Assembly (NCBI GenBank): GCA_004764695.1
Contig: SMSO01000006.1
Coordinates: 883,859-947,858 of the forward strand
Length of the DNA: 64,000 bases
Source: Schizochytrium sp. TIO01
Lineage: Eukaryota; Protista; Bigyra: Labyrinthulomycetes
Direction of reading: 5' to 3'
Part shown: positions 12,690 through 24,187 of the stretch, piece by piece
Layout: each line of letters starts with the position of its first letter
How positions within the stretch are numbered: the stretch's first letter is position 1
Made by a program: the position numbers and the translations under genes
The notes under the pieces: generated by a model
The model's input: only the letters and a program-made list of their open reading frames with translations
What the model was told of the DNA's origin: nothing
Databases searched by the model: none

Positions 12690-15101
12690 ATGGGGTCCCG
12701 CGGCAGCAAGCCATCCCCCAGCTCCAGCCCCAACCCAGACGGCAGCACCAGCAGCGGCAACGCTAATGGATCCTCCTCATCCTCGTCTACCTCGCGCAGG
12801 AGGCTGAGACTCCGCACGGACTCGCAGAATAATGCTCACAATGAAACTAGTAGCGATGACGTCTCGGACAGAAACATTTCACACAGTAATTCTCACAGCA
12901 ACACTGCGAACGCGGGAAGGCGAAGGAGGCGTGGGGCGTCTAATGCGGGCCAGGACGCCTTGAACAGTGGAAATTGCATGAACGATGAAGGTATTATGGA
13001 CCAAGCACCAAAGGTCGGATATTGGCAAATGCTGCGTGGAGGATACGACGAACTTGTGCATGCGATCATTCGACCGCCAAGAGCAGAGTACTCTGAGTCT
13101 GTGCTGGGCCCAACGGTATTCACGGTGGACGGCGTCGTTTTTGAGAGGGAGGACCTCGAGCTGCGGAACAAGAGGGGACAGAAACTGGTTTGCTCGCACT
13201 GGAAACCCAGACATATGAATAGCGAGGATGCACAACCAATGCCCTGCGTCATTTACCTGCACGGAAATGCGAGCTGCAGGGCTGAAGCGCTTGAAACACT
13301 GCCACTGATCTTGTCCAGTGGGATGACGCTCTTTGCACTAGATTTCGCAGGCTCAGGCCACTCAGAGGGCGACTACATCTCGCTTGGGTGGTACGAGCGT
13401 GAAGATCTCGAGGCAGCCATCACGTACCTTCGGGAGTCAGGTAAGACCAGCACAATTGGGTTGTGGGGTCGAAGCATGGGCGCAGCGACAGCTCTCATGT
13501 TCGCAGAAAGGGACCCTAGCATTGCTGCCATGGTGCTCGATAGCCCGTTTGCATCGCTTAAGCAACTGGCCAAGGAACTTAGCGCTGAAGTAAATGTTCC
13601 AAATGTGCTTATGGGCGTGGCATTGCGCATGGTGCGTAGCAGCGTGCGAGCGCGGGCTCATTTTGATATTTTCAAACTTGAACCTATCAAACATGCGGAA
13701 GCTTCCTTCATCCCTGCACTCTTTGGCCATGGCGAGGATGATCACTTCATTTTGCCACACCATTCGCAGCAACTCTTTGATGCATATGGTGGAGACAAAA
13801 ACATCATTCTCTTTGATGGCGATCACTCCTCCACGCGTCCTCAGTTTTTCAATAACTCGGTCGGTATCTTTTTGTATAACACTATGATTTCAACTACACA
13901 GCAAACCTCTGATGTTGTCGGTCATGCAGACCCTCAGAACTTTGACTTCGCTCTCAATTACACGATGCCACCCCCTATGGCGGGCTCATCCGCAGGATCC
14001 ATTGACCGATCCAGCACCGTAGGGGGTCTGCGAACAAACACGAGCGGAAATGGGGATTACTACGAAGAAGCGATGATACGACACGCAATCCAACTCTCAC
14101 TCGCTGAGGCGCAGAACGCGTCATCGTCGGATGTGGACCATCAAGGTGGTGCTGAACATGGTCATGACATCAATGGTAGTAGCGCTCATAATGATCATGC
14201 GAACGAAAACCGGCGCCGCGGTGCTCGAGGAGGCCCTAGCGATAATGATGCCGACGATGATGATGCAACAGATCGTGAGGAGGAAGATGTGCACCTTCAT
14301 ACTGCTGACGACGACGATGATGAGTTTGCTTTGGAAGCTGCTCTTGAGGCATCATATGAAGAACGAGTCTCTGGGCACCCTTCCTCAGCCAGTCCGTTCG
14401 GTGCAGGCGAAGAGGGCTCATCATCTTCATCCTACGAAAATACAACCTCCTCACGCGTACATGGACGCCCCCCCGCTCCTACAGCGGCTTCTCGCGGTAA
14501 GTCTTCGAGCAATCATCACCCACGTCCGCCCGCGCCCACAAGGGCTGCGGTTGGTTCCCATCGACAACGAGTATCTGACAATCCTCTTTTTCAGCAGTCC
14601 GACGAACTTGATGTGAACAATACAGAGTATTCTGACGCCCGCGACGGTATTAGGGCCAGTGAGCTCAATCATGATGACTACAAGAATCCCTCCTCTAGTG
14701 CTGGTCGCTATCTCGCAAACTATGCAGAGCCCCCTCCTGCTCCAAATGCTGCACAACCCTCGCGACGTGGAACCGATGCAAGCATGCGTGCTCGCGCAAG
14801 TAGTGCTGGTGACGATGATAATGATGACAGCAGGAGCAATGATAGTGACGATGTCCAGGATGAGGATTCCGAGCTAGAGGAAGTTCGCGCTAGATCTGCA
14901 TTGGATGAAACTAGCCGACTGGACGACAAGCAAACCCATCTTCATGGCGAGGAGTTTCCAACAATTGATGGGGTACCATTACCCTTGCAAGACAAAGATG
15001 AATCTCTCCGTCGTAAAGCTAGCTATAGCAGTAGCAGTAGCAGTGGCGGCAACGACGGTGCCACACGTTCAAAGACTAATGGTCGTGAACGCCCTGTGTA
15101 A
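12690..15101 (+). CDS. Alpha/beta-hydrolase family protein with long disordered, UIM-bearing C-terminus (803 aa)
   Basis: IIRPPRAEY, CVIYLHGNASCR, nucleophile elbow GRSMG, HGEDD and GDHS (Ser-Asp-His triad). N-terminal MGSRGS myristoylation motif. UIM-like EEAMIRHAIQLSLAE and DEFALEAALEASYEE. Confidence 0.9.
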   Translation: MGSRGSKPSPSSSPNPDGSTSSGNANGSSSSSSTSRRRLRLRTDSQNNAHNETSSDDVSDRNISHSNSHSNTANAGRRRRRGASNAGQDALNSGNCMNDEGIMDQAPKVGYWQMLRGGYDELVHAIIRPPRAEYSESVLGPTVFTVDGVVFEREDLELRNKRGQKLVCSHWKPRHMNSEDAQPMPCVIYLHGNASCRAEALETLPLILSSGMTLFALDFAGSGHSEGDYISLGWYEREDLEAAITYLRESGKTSTIGLWGRSMGAATALMFAERDPSIAAMVLDSPFASLKQLAKELSAEVNVPNVLMGVALRMVRSSVRARAHFDIFKLEPIKHAEASFIPALFGHGEDDHFILPHHSQQLFDAYGGDKNIILFDGDHSSTRPQFFNNSVGIFLYNTMISTTQQTSDVVGHADPQNFDFALNYTMPPPMAGSSAGSIDRSSTVGGLRTNTSGNGDYYEEAMIRHAIQLSLAEAQNASSSDVDHQGGAEHGHDINGSSAHNDHANENRRRGARGGPSDNDADDDDATDREEEDVHLHTADDDDDEFALEAALEASYEERVSGHPSSASPFGAGEEGSSSSSYENTTSSRVHGRPPAPTAASRGKSSSNHHPRPPAPTRAAVGSHRQRVSDNPLFQQSDELDVNNTEYSDARDGIRASELNHDDYKNPSSSAGRYLANYAEPPPAPNAAQPSRRGTDASMRARASSAGDDDNDDSRSNDSDDVQDEDSELEEVRARSALDETSRLDDKQTHLHGEEFPTIDGVPLPLQDKDESLRRKASYSSSSSSGGNDGATRSKTNGRERPV

Positions 15102-15792
15102 ACCATACGACTTTGTTGTTTTTTGTTTCTCAACTTCTATTTTAAACTCGTTTTCTGCTTAATTCTTTCTTAGTTCTGACACGATCAGGATTTCAAACAA
15201 CTATACATTTTAGAATGAACTTGTTATCGGTGTTTCGTATTTTGCTAAAGGGAACCTATGAATTTAAAATTGGGTTTGTGATTGATCAAGCGGAAGACGA
15301 TTCAGGTAGGCGAGCCCTCCTTAAATTGCACAGCATCCGTGGTCTACGATTTAAAATATTATAATAATAATTATTATTAGTTAACAATAGAGGCGGCAGC
15401 ATCAGCACAAATGATATCAGCCAGTTTATACTTGTTAAATTACCCCAAGATGTATAAACTTATATAGTAGAATATAGGCAAACTATATAAGAATATAGGC
15501 AACGTACTTGAAGTAAAGGAAGTACCATACTGATTTGCAATATAGCTATCTACATGGTATATGACGTGAGATTTGGACAGATAGTTAAGAAAATAGGAGA
15601 GGGAGCCTTGTCAAGCATATCAAAACTGACTAACGCTATTGATTATATTCTTGCATTTATATTATAGTCACACCTTCTCATGTCTACCAGAAATTCTATT
15701 GCAGCAAAATGAGATCGGACAATTGAATTTCTGGACTTGTGGAGCGGTCCCAGGGTACAGTGGTATTTGTTTGAGGAGCTATTTAAGGTTCT

Positions 15793-16932
15793 TCAGTGTT
15801 CACGTTGCAAGATCTCGACTTCAAAGTTACCTTGACCGTGATCTTGAAACCTACGTACGTATATGCGTTGTTTTCGGAGCTCTTCTAAGCGCTGACGGAT
15901 GCAAGGTCCAATCCTTGCACGGTTATTGGTAGAATTGAAACCGGCACCACAGATGATGTCGATTGTGCCCCAGGATAAGGTTGTTGATATCTGTAAAATC
16001 GCCTCGAGGCGATCCAGCGCCTCTCGCAAAATCAAATAATGGAAATCCACTTTAACCTGGCGCAATCCTCGCGAGCGCGTAAGCACTGCTCGTGCAAGCT
16101 CTGCATTGTTATGAGCGAAGACGAGGCTCGCAGCCTCAGACATAGCTTCGTCTGCCTGCGCCTGATGATGCCCGCGTGCACCAGGCTCCATGAGGTGTAA
16201 GCGACTAAACTTGGAGAGTGCTGTAACCCGGAGTGAACGTGCGTGCGCCAAGGATGCCTTTGCGCGTGTAATTCTCAATTCCTCCGTCAATTCCTGTACA
16301 GACATACCCATGGGTTTGCGTGTGGTCAAACTCGACCTTCTTGCGGTCCTCATTTGTCTCGACATTGCCGCTTTGGCGCTGTGGCTATCGACTCCAGATC
16401 CCATATAGGTAATGAGGTCTGGGTTCTCTGCATCGAGCATCTCGTTCTTTCGTTTCACCACATCAGCAAAAGAGTTGGACTCGCGTTTAACGACATTCAG
16501 TTGCTCATGAAGCTTCTTCGCCAGCCAGAGATCTTCGTTTTCTTGTTCACGCTGAGCTGCTTCATCATGAGACGCATTCCATTCGCGATGCAGTCTCTGT
16601 GCCACAGCCTCATCCTCTTCTTGGCGTTGAATTTCCTGTGCAGTCGCTGCATCCTCGAGTTCTTGCTGAAGTCGCGCGCAGAGTCCTTCAAGTGCCTCCG
16701 CATCGTCCTCCATCTCAGAAATCTTGACTTCATTACCGCTGTCTTCGTCATCATTATCATCATTATTATTGTCACTGTCCAAGTTATCGCCACGGGCTTG
16801 ATGATGAGCTTCTGCACCCCATTGCGCCGCTAGTTCGCGGGCTAGTGCCGCGTCCTGCTCCTCGCGGGCAGCCTCTTCGCGAGCCCATGCCTCCGCGAGC
16901 TCCCTAGCCAGCGCCGCGTCGGCGTCCTCCAT
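15793..16932 (-). CDS. Smr (small MutS-related) domain protein with N-terminal ubiquitin-binding-like helices
   Basis: C-terminal VDFHYLILREA...IDIICGAGFNS...GNFEV fits the Smr fold. N-terminal repeats DAALARELA (x2), DEAVAQRLH and DLWLAKKLH resemble MIU motifs. Start at MEDAD (16932) preferred over 16986. Confidence 0.8.
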   Translation of the reverse strand: MEDADAALARELAEAWAREEAAREEQDAALARELAAQWGAEAHHQARGDNLDSDNNNDDNDDEDSGNEVKISEMEDDAEALEGLCARLQQELEDAATAQEIQRQEEDEAVAQRLHREWNASHDEAAQREQENEDLWLAKKLHEQLNVVKRESNSFADVVKRKNEMLDAENPDLITYMGSGVDSHSAKAAMSRQMRTARRSSLTTRKPMGMSVQELTEELRITRAKASLAHARSLRVTALSKFSRLHLMEPGARGHHQAQADEAMSEAASLVFAHNNAELARAVLTRSRGLRQVKVDFHYLILREALDRLEAILQISTTLSWGTIDIICGAGFNSTNNRARIGPCIRQRLEELRKQRIYVRRFQDHGQGNFEVEILQREH

Positions 16933-17570
16933 AGTGGGCTTGCGTTTCCCAATTCCTCGACACCTCAAAGGCAATGCAATTCGCATTTACTTGCTTTCGA
17001 TTTCTCATTCACTCATTTCCCCTCTTCTTCTTCCTCTCTTATTCTTCCCATTTGTGTAGTAAGTACTCCTTTAGGACTGCTAGTGCCTAGGTACCTCCTA
17101 AACAAGTAGCATATTTCTCAACACCAGTTGAGAAAACAACAGTGCATTGCACTACAGCTCTGTCAGTTGCTCTTCTGGCCAATGCTAAAGCTTTGCATGA
17201 CTGACCATCTGAAATGTTATTGGTGGCTGGCTAGCTAGCGCGTGCTGCAATGACTTGGGAAACGCTGCACATCTGCGATTGACTTCGTTTGACGTGTGCA
17301 CTGCACTGCATTTGCTTTGCTTTTGTCCTCAGGACTAGCAAAGCATCCATCGAGTTTTGCAGGCTAGTATGCGCGTATGAAGCTAGTTGTATATAGAAGA
17401 AAAACACAAGAACTCTTTGGTTCTAGTTGGCTATATAATTTGTTGGATATTTTCATACGAATTATCTCCTTCGTTTCTTGCCTATTCAAGAATGAAAATA
17501 AATAAATGAAAACAATGAATCGATTTGGAATGATGACAAAATCGATCCCTACTCCCAGACCCTCTGCGCG

Positions 17571-19391
17571 ATGCTGGCGCCCACTGCTCGTTACATGCTT
17601 CGGCCTCGGCCATTGCCTCTGTTCATCCGTTGCCTTTCTGGACTTCCTCCGCGTCCTGGCAGCGGCGGCGGCAGTGTCTTCTCTCGCGATGGCTCCATGA
17701 AAGGTCTTCGTGATCCCGTCTTGGACTCTTCTGGTGACGTCTCGCACTCCGGCACTTCACATGTACGCGCTTCTCCACGCGATGTAATTGGAGAAACTGC
17801 GGAGGAGCGCCTTCGCGAGATCGTCATCGATCGTTCTGGACTCGTGAACCTTCCTGCTCGCGCAGTAGAGTCCGCTCCTGGTGACATGGATCTCATGGCT
17901 GGCGAAAAGGTTGTAAAATCTCCTCTCACGCCACTTGTCAACGAGCTCACAATGCGCATTGCTTCCCGAGGCCCTATATCTGTCAGCGAATTTATGAACC
18001 TTGCTCTTGGTCACCCCCTGTACGGCTACTACATTACTCGTGACGCCTTTGGCGTTGGTGGAGATTTCACGACGTCTCCAGAGATCAGCCAGGTGTTTGG
18101 TGAGCTTATGGGTGTTTGGTGCGTGTCTAATTGGATGGCGATGGGATCGCCTTCGAAAGTAAGGCTCGTGGAGATTGGGCCTGGCAGAGGCACGCTCATG
18201 ATGGATCTTCTCAGAGCGGCTAGTGCATTTCCAGATTTTTGTAGGGCACTTCAAAACGGCGATGGTGTCCGTATGGTCGAGACCAGCCCGGTCCTCCGGC
18301 GCCTACAGCAGAAGACTCTCAAATGTACGTTTATGAGTGGAAGCTCTGTGGCCTCTTACGAAACAGATGAGCCCAGTGGACAAGTTAAGGATCAGGATGG
18401 CCAATCGAAGCATGTCGAGGATGTCTGGGAAAATGCGAAAACTCATGGCAGGCTAGCGATGAGAGCTCCTCTGTCTGGAGTTTCGGCAAGAGCTGGAAGA
18501 ATGGAGGACAGGAGCGTTAAGGTCGAGTGGATGAGAGAATTTTCAGATGTCATGCGACAGGATGACAAGACGCCTCTACTGATTGTTGCTCAAGAACTCT
18601 TTGATGCTCTGCCGATCCATCAGTTCGAGTATAACAGCAGAGGTAGCTGGGTAGAACGTCTTATCGATCTTGAACACCGCGACGCTAATTCAACTGAAGA
18701 AGAGCTCAAGCCGGAAGACACAGTACGTAAATTGCACCATCTTCGCTTTGTCCTATCTAAGAGCACAACTCCGGCCGCTCGCATGCTTTTAGGGCTACAC
18801 CAGCAGACTGCAGAGGCTGAGGGCAAGGAATTTAAGGAGGGTGACTCCATTGAAGTGTGCGCTGTGGGTGCTGCGCTGGTACAGGATATCACAGAATGGC
18901 TTTCTCGTTGCGGTGGTGCTGCCGTGTTTGTTGATTATGGAGACAACGGCCCAGCTCGCAGCAGTTTACGAGGCATTAAGGATCACAAGTTTGTGCATCC
19001 GCTTGCAGAACCTGGCGAGGTCGATCTCTCTGCCGATGTAGACTTTCACTTTTTGCGCTTTGCTTCTGAGCAGGTTTCCAAGAAATTAAAGAACCCAGTC
19101 ACCGTCTCGGAGACCGTGACACAGGGAGAATTTTTGCGTAACATGGGTATCGAGGCTCGCATTGGCGCATTATTGCAAGCAACTCCTGATGAGGAAAAAC
19201 AGATGGAGATCTTTATGGCCTTTAACCGCCTTGTTGAGGGCGACTTCATTGACGAAGATACTGACGAGGTTGTACATGGCATGGGCCAAGCTTACAAAGC
19301 CATGGGGCTTTATGCTGCCCCACCCAATGTCACATCGGCAACACCAGCTGACAAGATTCAAATCGCTGGCTTTGCACCTATTCAACAGTGA
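17571..19391 (+). CDS. NDUFAF7: Mitochondrial protein arginine methyltransferase NDUFAF7/MidA (complex I assembly)
   Basis: Arg-rich mitochondrial presequence, GPISVSEFM, GYY, GDFTTSPEISQVFGE, VEIGPGRGTL, AQELFDALP, DYG, PGEVDLSADVDF and TQGEFL motifs. Confidence 0.95.
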   Translation: MLAPTARYMLRPRPLPLFIRCLSGLPPRPGSGGGSVFSRDGSMKGLRDPVLDSSGDVSHSGTSHVRASPRDVIGETAEERLREIVIDRSGLVNLPARAVESAPGDMDLMAGEKVVKSPLTPLVNELTMRIASRGPISVSEFMNLALGHPLYGYYITRDAFGVGGDFTTSPEISQVFGELMGVWCVSNWMAMGSPSKVRLVEIGPGRGTLMMDLLRAASAFPDFCRALQNGDGVRMVETSPVLRRLQQKTLKCTFMSGSSVASYETDEPSGQVKDQDGQSKHVEDVWENAKTHGRLAMRAPLSGVSARAGRMEDRSVKVEWMREFSDVMRQDDKTPLLIVAQELFDALPIHQFEYNSRGSWVERLIDLEHRDANSTEEELKPEDTVRKLHHLRFVLSKSTTPAARMLLGLHQQTAEAEGKEFKEGDSIEVCAVGAALVQDITEWLSRCGGAAVFVDYGDNGPARSSLRGIKDHKFVHPLAEPGEVDLSADVDFHFLRFASEQVSKKLKNPVTVSETVTQGEFLRNMGIEARIGALLQATPDEEKQMEIFMAFNRLVEGDFIDEDTDEVVHGMGQAYKAMGLYAAPPNVTSATPADKIQIAGFAPIQQ

Positions 19392-20536
19392 ATAAATAGA
19401 AAAAGGTAAGAGATAGCAAAATACAAATCATAGCAACATTAAACATGCATCACAGTCTCTAAAAAGAAACATAATTAAAATAACTCAAAATAGTTGAATA
19501 TTCCTTTATCTCTCATTCATTTCTCAATGTGACGAAAGACACGTTATCTCTTTTGTCCTTGTTGTCTCGATTTGACTTCTAGCATCTTTCTTCGATATTA
19601 TAATTTTTGTCTAGGCAGATCTCCTTTTCTGATTAATTTGTGATTGTATTCACCGGAGTTGTTTGACTCGCTTCGCAAGGGCAGCCGCAAGAAGAACTAT
19701 AGTAGGGATGTGCATCTGGGTGTCCGCATGATACATACATTTGTGAAAGAATGTACACAAGCAGCATACTTGTGGAAAAGTCAAGAGACCATGACCATCT
19801 ATCACTCTTTATACATTCATTTTCTCAAAGTTTACATCGACCTGCAACCTCTGCGAGCTTCAGGTCTGGAGGTAATTTATCACCCAACTCTGTTTGTGAT
19901 GTTAATGACGATGATCATGACAACTCCGATGATGAGGATGAGGATGAGCTTGTACTTTCATTCTGGACTGCACTTGCTTGGTTAGCAGATCCGAGCTCTC
20001 GAAATTCCGCGACAAGTTGTACATAAGGTTAGGCTAAAATCGTAAACTAATAAATTCAATGGCTTTGTTACTTTTTCTTGTCTTTAATTTTGTATATATG
20101 TGGGGATGTGTGATAATGATTGTAAATTTTATTCTCGAGCTGAAAAATTGAACAGATCAGAGACAAATATTATGGGCGACACATCTTAACCTCTCCCTAG
20201 GATTCGAGGTACTTTTGCAAAGCAGTCTTTGGCAAAAGTACAAAGAAAGCACTGTGCATATGAAATTAATTTCCTGAGTGGCACGTATCTAAGCTGGATA
20301 GTATAAGTATCACCGTACTGCGCAGAAGCTAACTTCGACATCCTCATTCAAGTTCTAAGAGATATCCAGAACTCACCCAATCATTACTCTAAGGTTCATT
20401 TTTCTGATTAAAGACTCTGCATGAAAGAAGAGTTTTTTGGTCTAGAAGAAGGAAAGGGTTCATTTAGAGCGTGTGCTTTGACTATATAGTAAAGCAGATA
20501 TTGACTGGGTGTCAATAGTACGAGCAAAGAAGCGTC

Positions 20537-21775
20537 TTAGAGCTCCTTCTCGATAGCAACTTCCTCATCAGGGATGAACTCGATCTCTTCTTCTTCATCC
20601 TCCTCCTCGGCAGCCTCTTCCTCAGCGGCGTCTTCCTCAGCAGCAGCCTCAAGTTTAGCGGCCTCGATAGCCTCCTTGGCCTCGCGCTCGCCCTCCTTGG
20701 TGACCTCGAAGGTCTCCTTGGCAAAGGCCTTGGCCTCCTCAAGATCGTTGCCAATGTAAATGTTGTCAAAGATGGATCCGCTGTCCACAACCCAGAGCTC
20801 AAACCCAACAGATCCAATGTCATCGTAAGCGTATGCCTGGTCGTTGTAGTCCGGGTTCGGGAGCTGCTTGGGCTTCCAAGGTCCCTTGTAGTCTGGGTTC
20901 TTGATCTTCTTCTGCACCCAGGGTCCCTTGAAGTCCGGGTTCGGGATCATGGGGGGCTCCCACTCGCCGTCATCCTCGTCATCCCAGTCCTCAGGCTTAG
21001 CTGCCTCGGGATCGGCAATAGTCTCAGGGATGTCATCGTATCCCTCGGGCTTGACATCCTCCGGGTCGAGCATCATCGGGTCTTCGATCCAGTCCTCAGG
21101 CTTGACATCCTCAGGATCATCGATGGTGGCAGGAGGCATGTTCCAGCCCTCGGGAAGAGAGCCGGAGCTCTTCTCCTGGAGATCCATGTACACAGTGTAG
21201 GTGTTATCAGGGCGGACATGAAGCGTGTAGAGATGGGTGAACTCGTTCTTGTCAGCGTACTCGAGCTTGATATCCTCGTTCTTCAGAAGGTTGTTTCCCT
21301 CATAGTTGAAGATAAGGTGGATCCGAGACACATCGTAGCCACACAGATCAGGGCCAAACATAATCTTGTACGGGGTGTCGCCTCCAAAGTTCTCCTGATC
21401 AATTTCGGAGCCCATGAGCTTGATGTAGCCACCGCCGCAAAAACCTGCGGTGCGTCCCTCATTCTTGACACTAAACTGAAGCACGAGGTCCTGGTCCTTA
21501 TTGGAGAAAGGGGTATCCAACTTGCGAGAAATGCCGTAGAACCGGGCACGATCCTTGGTGCGAATACCCTTATCTTTCACGGCATCGCCAAACCATTCTC
21601 CGGCACTCCACTCCCATGTTCCCATGGCATCTTCGCCCTTCCACTTTGAGTCTACCCACCTGTCACGCCAGGCCTCGTCTTCGAAGGTCTCCTTAAGGTA
21701 CGTCTCGCCCTGAGCAAGACCCAGCACGGTGGCAAAGGCAAGCGCCGAGGCGCAAACACTGGCGGTTAACTGCAT
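20537..21775 (-). CDS. CALR: Calreticulin
   Basis: Signal peptide, CGGGYIK, IMFGPDLCG, P-domain repeats (IDDPEDVKPEDW, GEWEPPMIPNPDFKGPW), acidic tail, terminal EKEL. Confidence 0.96.
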   Translation of the reverse strand: MQLTASVCASALAFATVLGLAQGETYLKETFEDEAWRDRWVDSKWKGEDAMGTWEWSAGEWFGDAVKDKGIRTKDRARFYGISRKLDTPFSNKDQDLVLQFSVKNEGRTAGFCGGGYIKLMGSEIDQENFGGDTPYKIMFGPDLCGYDVSRIHLIFNYEGNNLLKNEDIKLEYADKNEFTHLYTLHVRPDNTYTVYMDLQEKSSGSLPEGWNMPPATIDDPEDVKPEDWIEDPMMLDPEDVKPEGYDDIPETIADPEAAKPEDWDDEDDGEWEPPMIPNPDFKGPWVQKKIKNPDYKGPWKPKQLPNPDYNDQAYAYDDIGSVGFELWVVDSGSIFDNIYIGNDLEEAKAFAKETFEVTKEGEREAKEAIEAAKLEAAAEEDAAEEEAAEEEDEEEEIEFIPDEEVAIEKEL

Positions 21776-23029
21776 TTTCTCAAGCCGCGCTTCACAAACC
21801 TTCTCTCAAACTCGTTCGCAGCACGACTTCAATTCCGGGTGCACAGAGTTCTTGTCTTGAAGACTTTCGAGGTTTGCAGGGACTTTTGAATATGGATTTG
21901 CAGCTCGCCAGCCTGGCTTTCTGAAGAGCCTCCGAGTCCCTATCCAACGTGGCGCTGCTGTCTATTTTCAGTTTCTTGCATCGCTGTATTAATACAAGTT
22001 TTATATGTGCATCTCGAAGCAGCACTAAACCGAAAGACCTCTGCCCTATTTGCAATATAGCGCTGTGGGAATAAAAGCGAAGCGAGAGCTCTGCCGCACC
22101 AATGTTCGAGAGAAAATCTTTCTACAGTACGGTTAAGGATACTATGTAACCCGTGAGTTGATATAATAAAAACTATCAGAAGGATCCGATGGGGCGTTTT
22201 TGCTAAAAAAGAAATTGCAAGGATTAGCGGAGGTCAAGGTGTACTGAAATGTGGGGCTGTTGGGCTAGACACAGGCTGCAGCACATGCACGCTTGACGCG
22301 TGGCGCATTTACAGACGAGAGAGCAACATATTGGAGACGTGGACTTTCGCAAGTTATTGTCAAGAGAGCCAGGCAAGCTAAGATATGGGTGGCGAAGAGT
22401 TTGGTTTACTTCGGAAGTTTGGACGAGAATAAACATACCTTTGCTAGGGAAACAACAAATGCGTAGGTGGGTATGTGTGTATATGTGCATGTGCATACGA
22501 CTATTTGACTGATGCACTGGGAGATGAGCTCAAGTTACCGTAGTCGAGGTTTACTTTCTCAAGTAACGTACCTACGTACTGCATAATCTTTGCCAACAAT
22601 TTCCTCTGTTTGTGAAGGCGTGCTAATGCATGAAGAGACACAACTGAGGCAAGAAAGAAAAACTTTAAGTGCGAGAGAATTGACTCGTCAGTGAGTAGCT
22701 CAGCTGGCATCGCGCCATATTCAGAATAGGACAGGAGACAATTTTATCGTTTTGAGATGTTTCTTGTAATTTGAAAGGGGAAAAAAGATTTTGCGCAATT
22801 CGCTTGCAGCAGGTAGATAGTATCATGTAAAACTCAATTTTGCATGTTGTGACAGCAGCGAAACCCCTGAGCAGGTGGCAAAAAAGAGAAATGAAAATGA
22901 AAGACGTTGGTGACGTCCTTGCCCCTCCCCGTTAGAGATTGGCTTGAGCGTCTGGCAAGAGTCACTGATTCGGATGGCATCACCATTGTTCTCACCTAGA
23001 GACTGCAACAAAAAGGAGGTAAAAACCGT

Positions 23030-24187
23030 TTACTCGGACTTCTTGTCAGAGGCATCCTGCTTGGTCTTGATGGGCTCGAGGAGATCCTTGAGCTCGCCGG
23101 ACTTGTGCATGTCGGCTGTCAAATTAAAAGGAAGGATAATGAGTTCCATGGAAAATACAATGTTAGCAATGCGGTTCTCATGTAGGTTTAGATGAGCTCT
23201 TCTGGCTTGCATTTGTGCAAGCAGGCCTAATCCTGCTGAGAGCAAAAGGAATAACTTACTGATGATGTCACAGCCGCCAACAAACTCGCCGCTCACGTAG
23301 AGCTGGGGGATGGTGGGCCAGCTGGAGAACTCCTTGATGGCGTTGCGAACCTCGTTGGAGGCAAGAACGTCAGCGCTGCTGAAATCGATGCCCTCGGCCT
23401 GGAGAATAGCAACAGCCTGGGCACTGAAGCCACACTGAGGGGAGGTGGGGGTACCCTTCATGAAGAGGAGAACGTCGTGGTCCTTCACAGCCTACAGAAG
23501 TGAAACACGATTTTTAATGCCATATTATTATTAAAAAAAAACACAATATGCCGCACCGAGAACGTTAGTTTTTGTTAGGTCATTTCCTCGGCGATTTCCT
23601 TTCTTTGTTTGAATCTATAAATGGCGCAGCTTGACCTTCTAAACTCTCAAATATACCCTGTCTAAGTCAAATTTGACTGCATTTGGTAAATTGAAAACAC
23701 GAGCCCGCCTCACGATTGTTGAAGCTTCTAGCTCTGAACGAGCCAAGCATGGCAGAAGCGAGGAACCAATACTCGTCATAGAAATCAGAACAAAAAATAC
23801 GAAGAGCAATTTATGCTTGGCGAGTACATACTCCTCCTCCATGACATAATTCGGGAAGCCCCGAAGTTGCTGCTAAAAAAGAAAGAAAAGAAGAAAAGAA
23901 AATCGCCAATCTCTCGCGCTGTTGAGCAGCACTACTTGCTATTTACTTACCTTGGAGAGGAACTCCATGACGTCGTCGTCCTGCTTGACCTTGGACTGCG
24001 GCGCGAAGTCAGAGTGGCTGTCATCGCCGGAGATTTTGCCAGCGAAGCCGCGTTTCCACACGGCGTTCACAGGTGCTGCAGCAGCCATGGCGCGCATGGC
24101 AAGCGGGCTCATCTGAGCACGGGCGGCGGGGGAGCGCACGGCGGTGCGCTGCACCACGGTGCGGGCGGACTTCAGGGCGAAGTGCAT
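23030..24187 (-). CDS. GRX5: Mitochondrial monothiol glutaredoxin (CGFS), 3 exons: 24187-23951, 23491-23260, 23115-23030 (184 aa)
   Basis: Presequence plus SHSDFAP, LFMKGTPTSPQCGFS, WPTIPQLY and GGCDI. GT-AG introns of phase 0 and 1 join the three segments in frame. Confidence 0.93.

Noticed and set aside
7054-16932. Functional cluster of ubiquitin-related genes (E2, UIM hydrolase, MIU-Smr)
   Set aside because: Mixed strands, interspersed unrelated genes and common domain types; chance is a sufficient explanation.
19644-20026. Short acidic or Ser-rich ORFs between NDUFAF7 and calreticulin
   Set aside because: Low-complexity GAT/TCA triplets with stops in the best frame and no recognisable domain.
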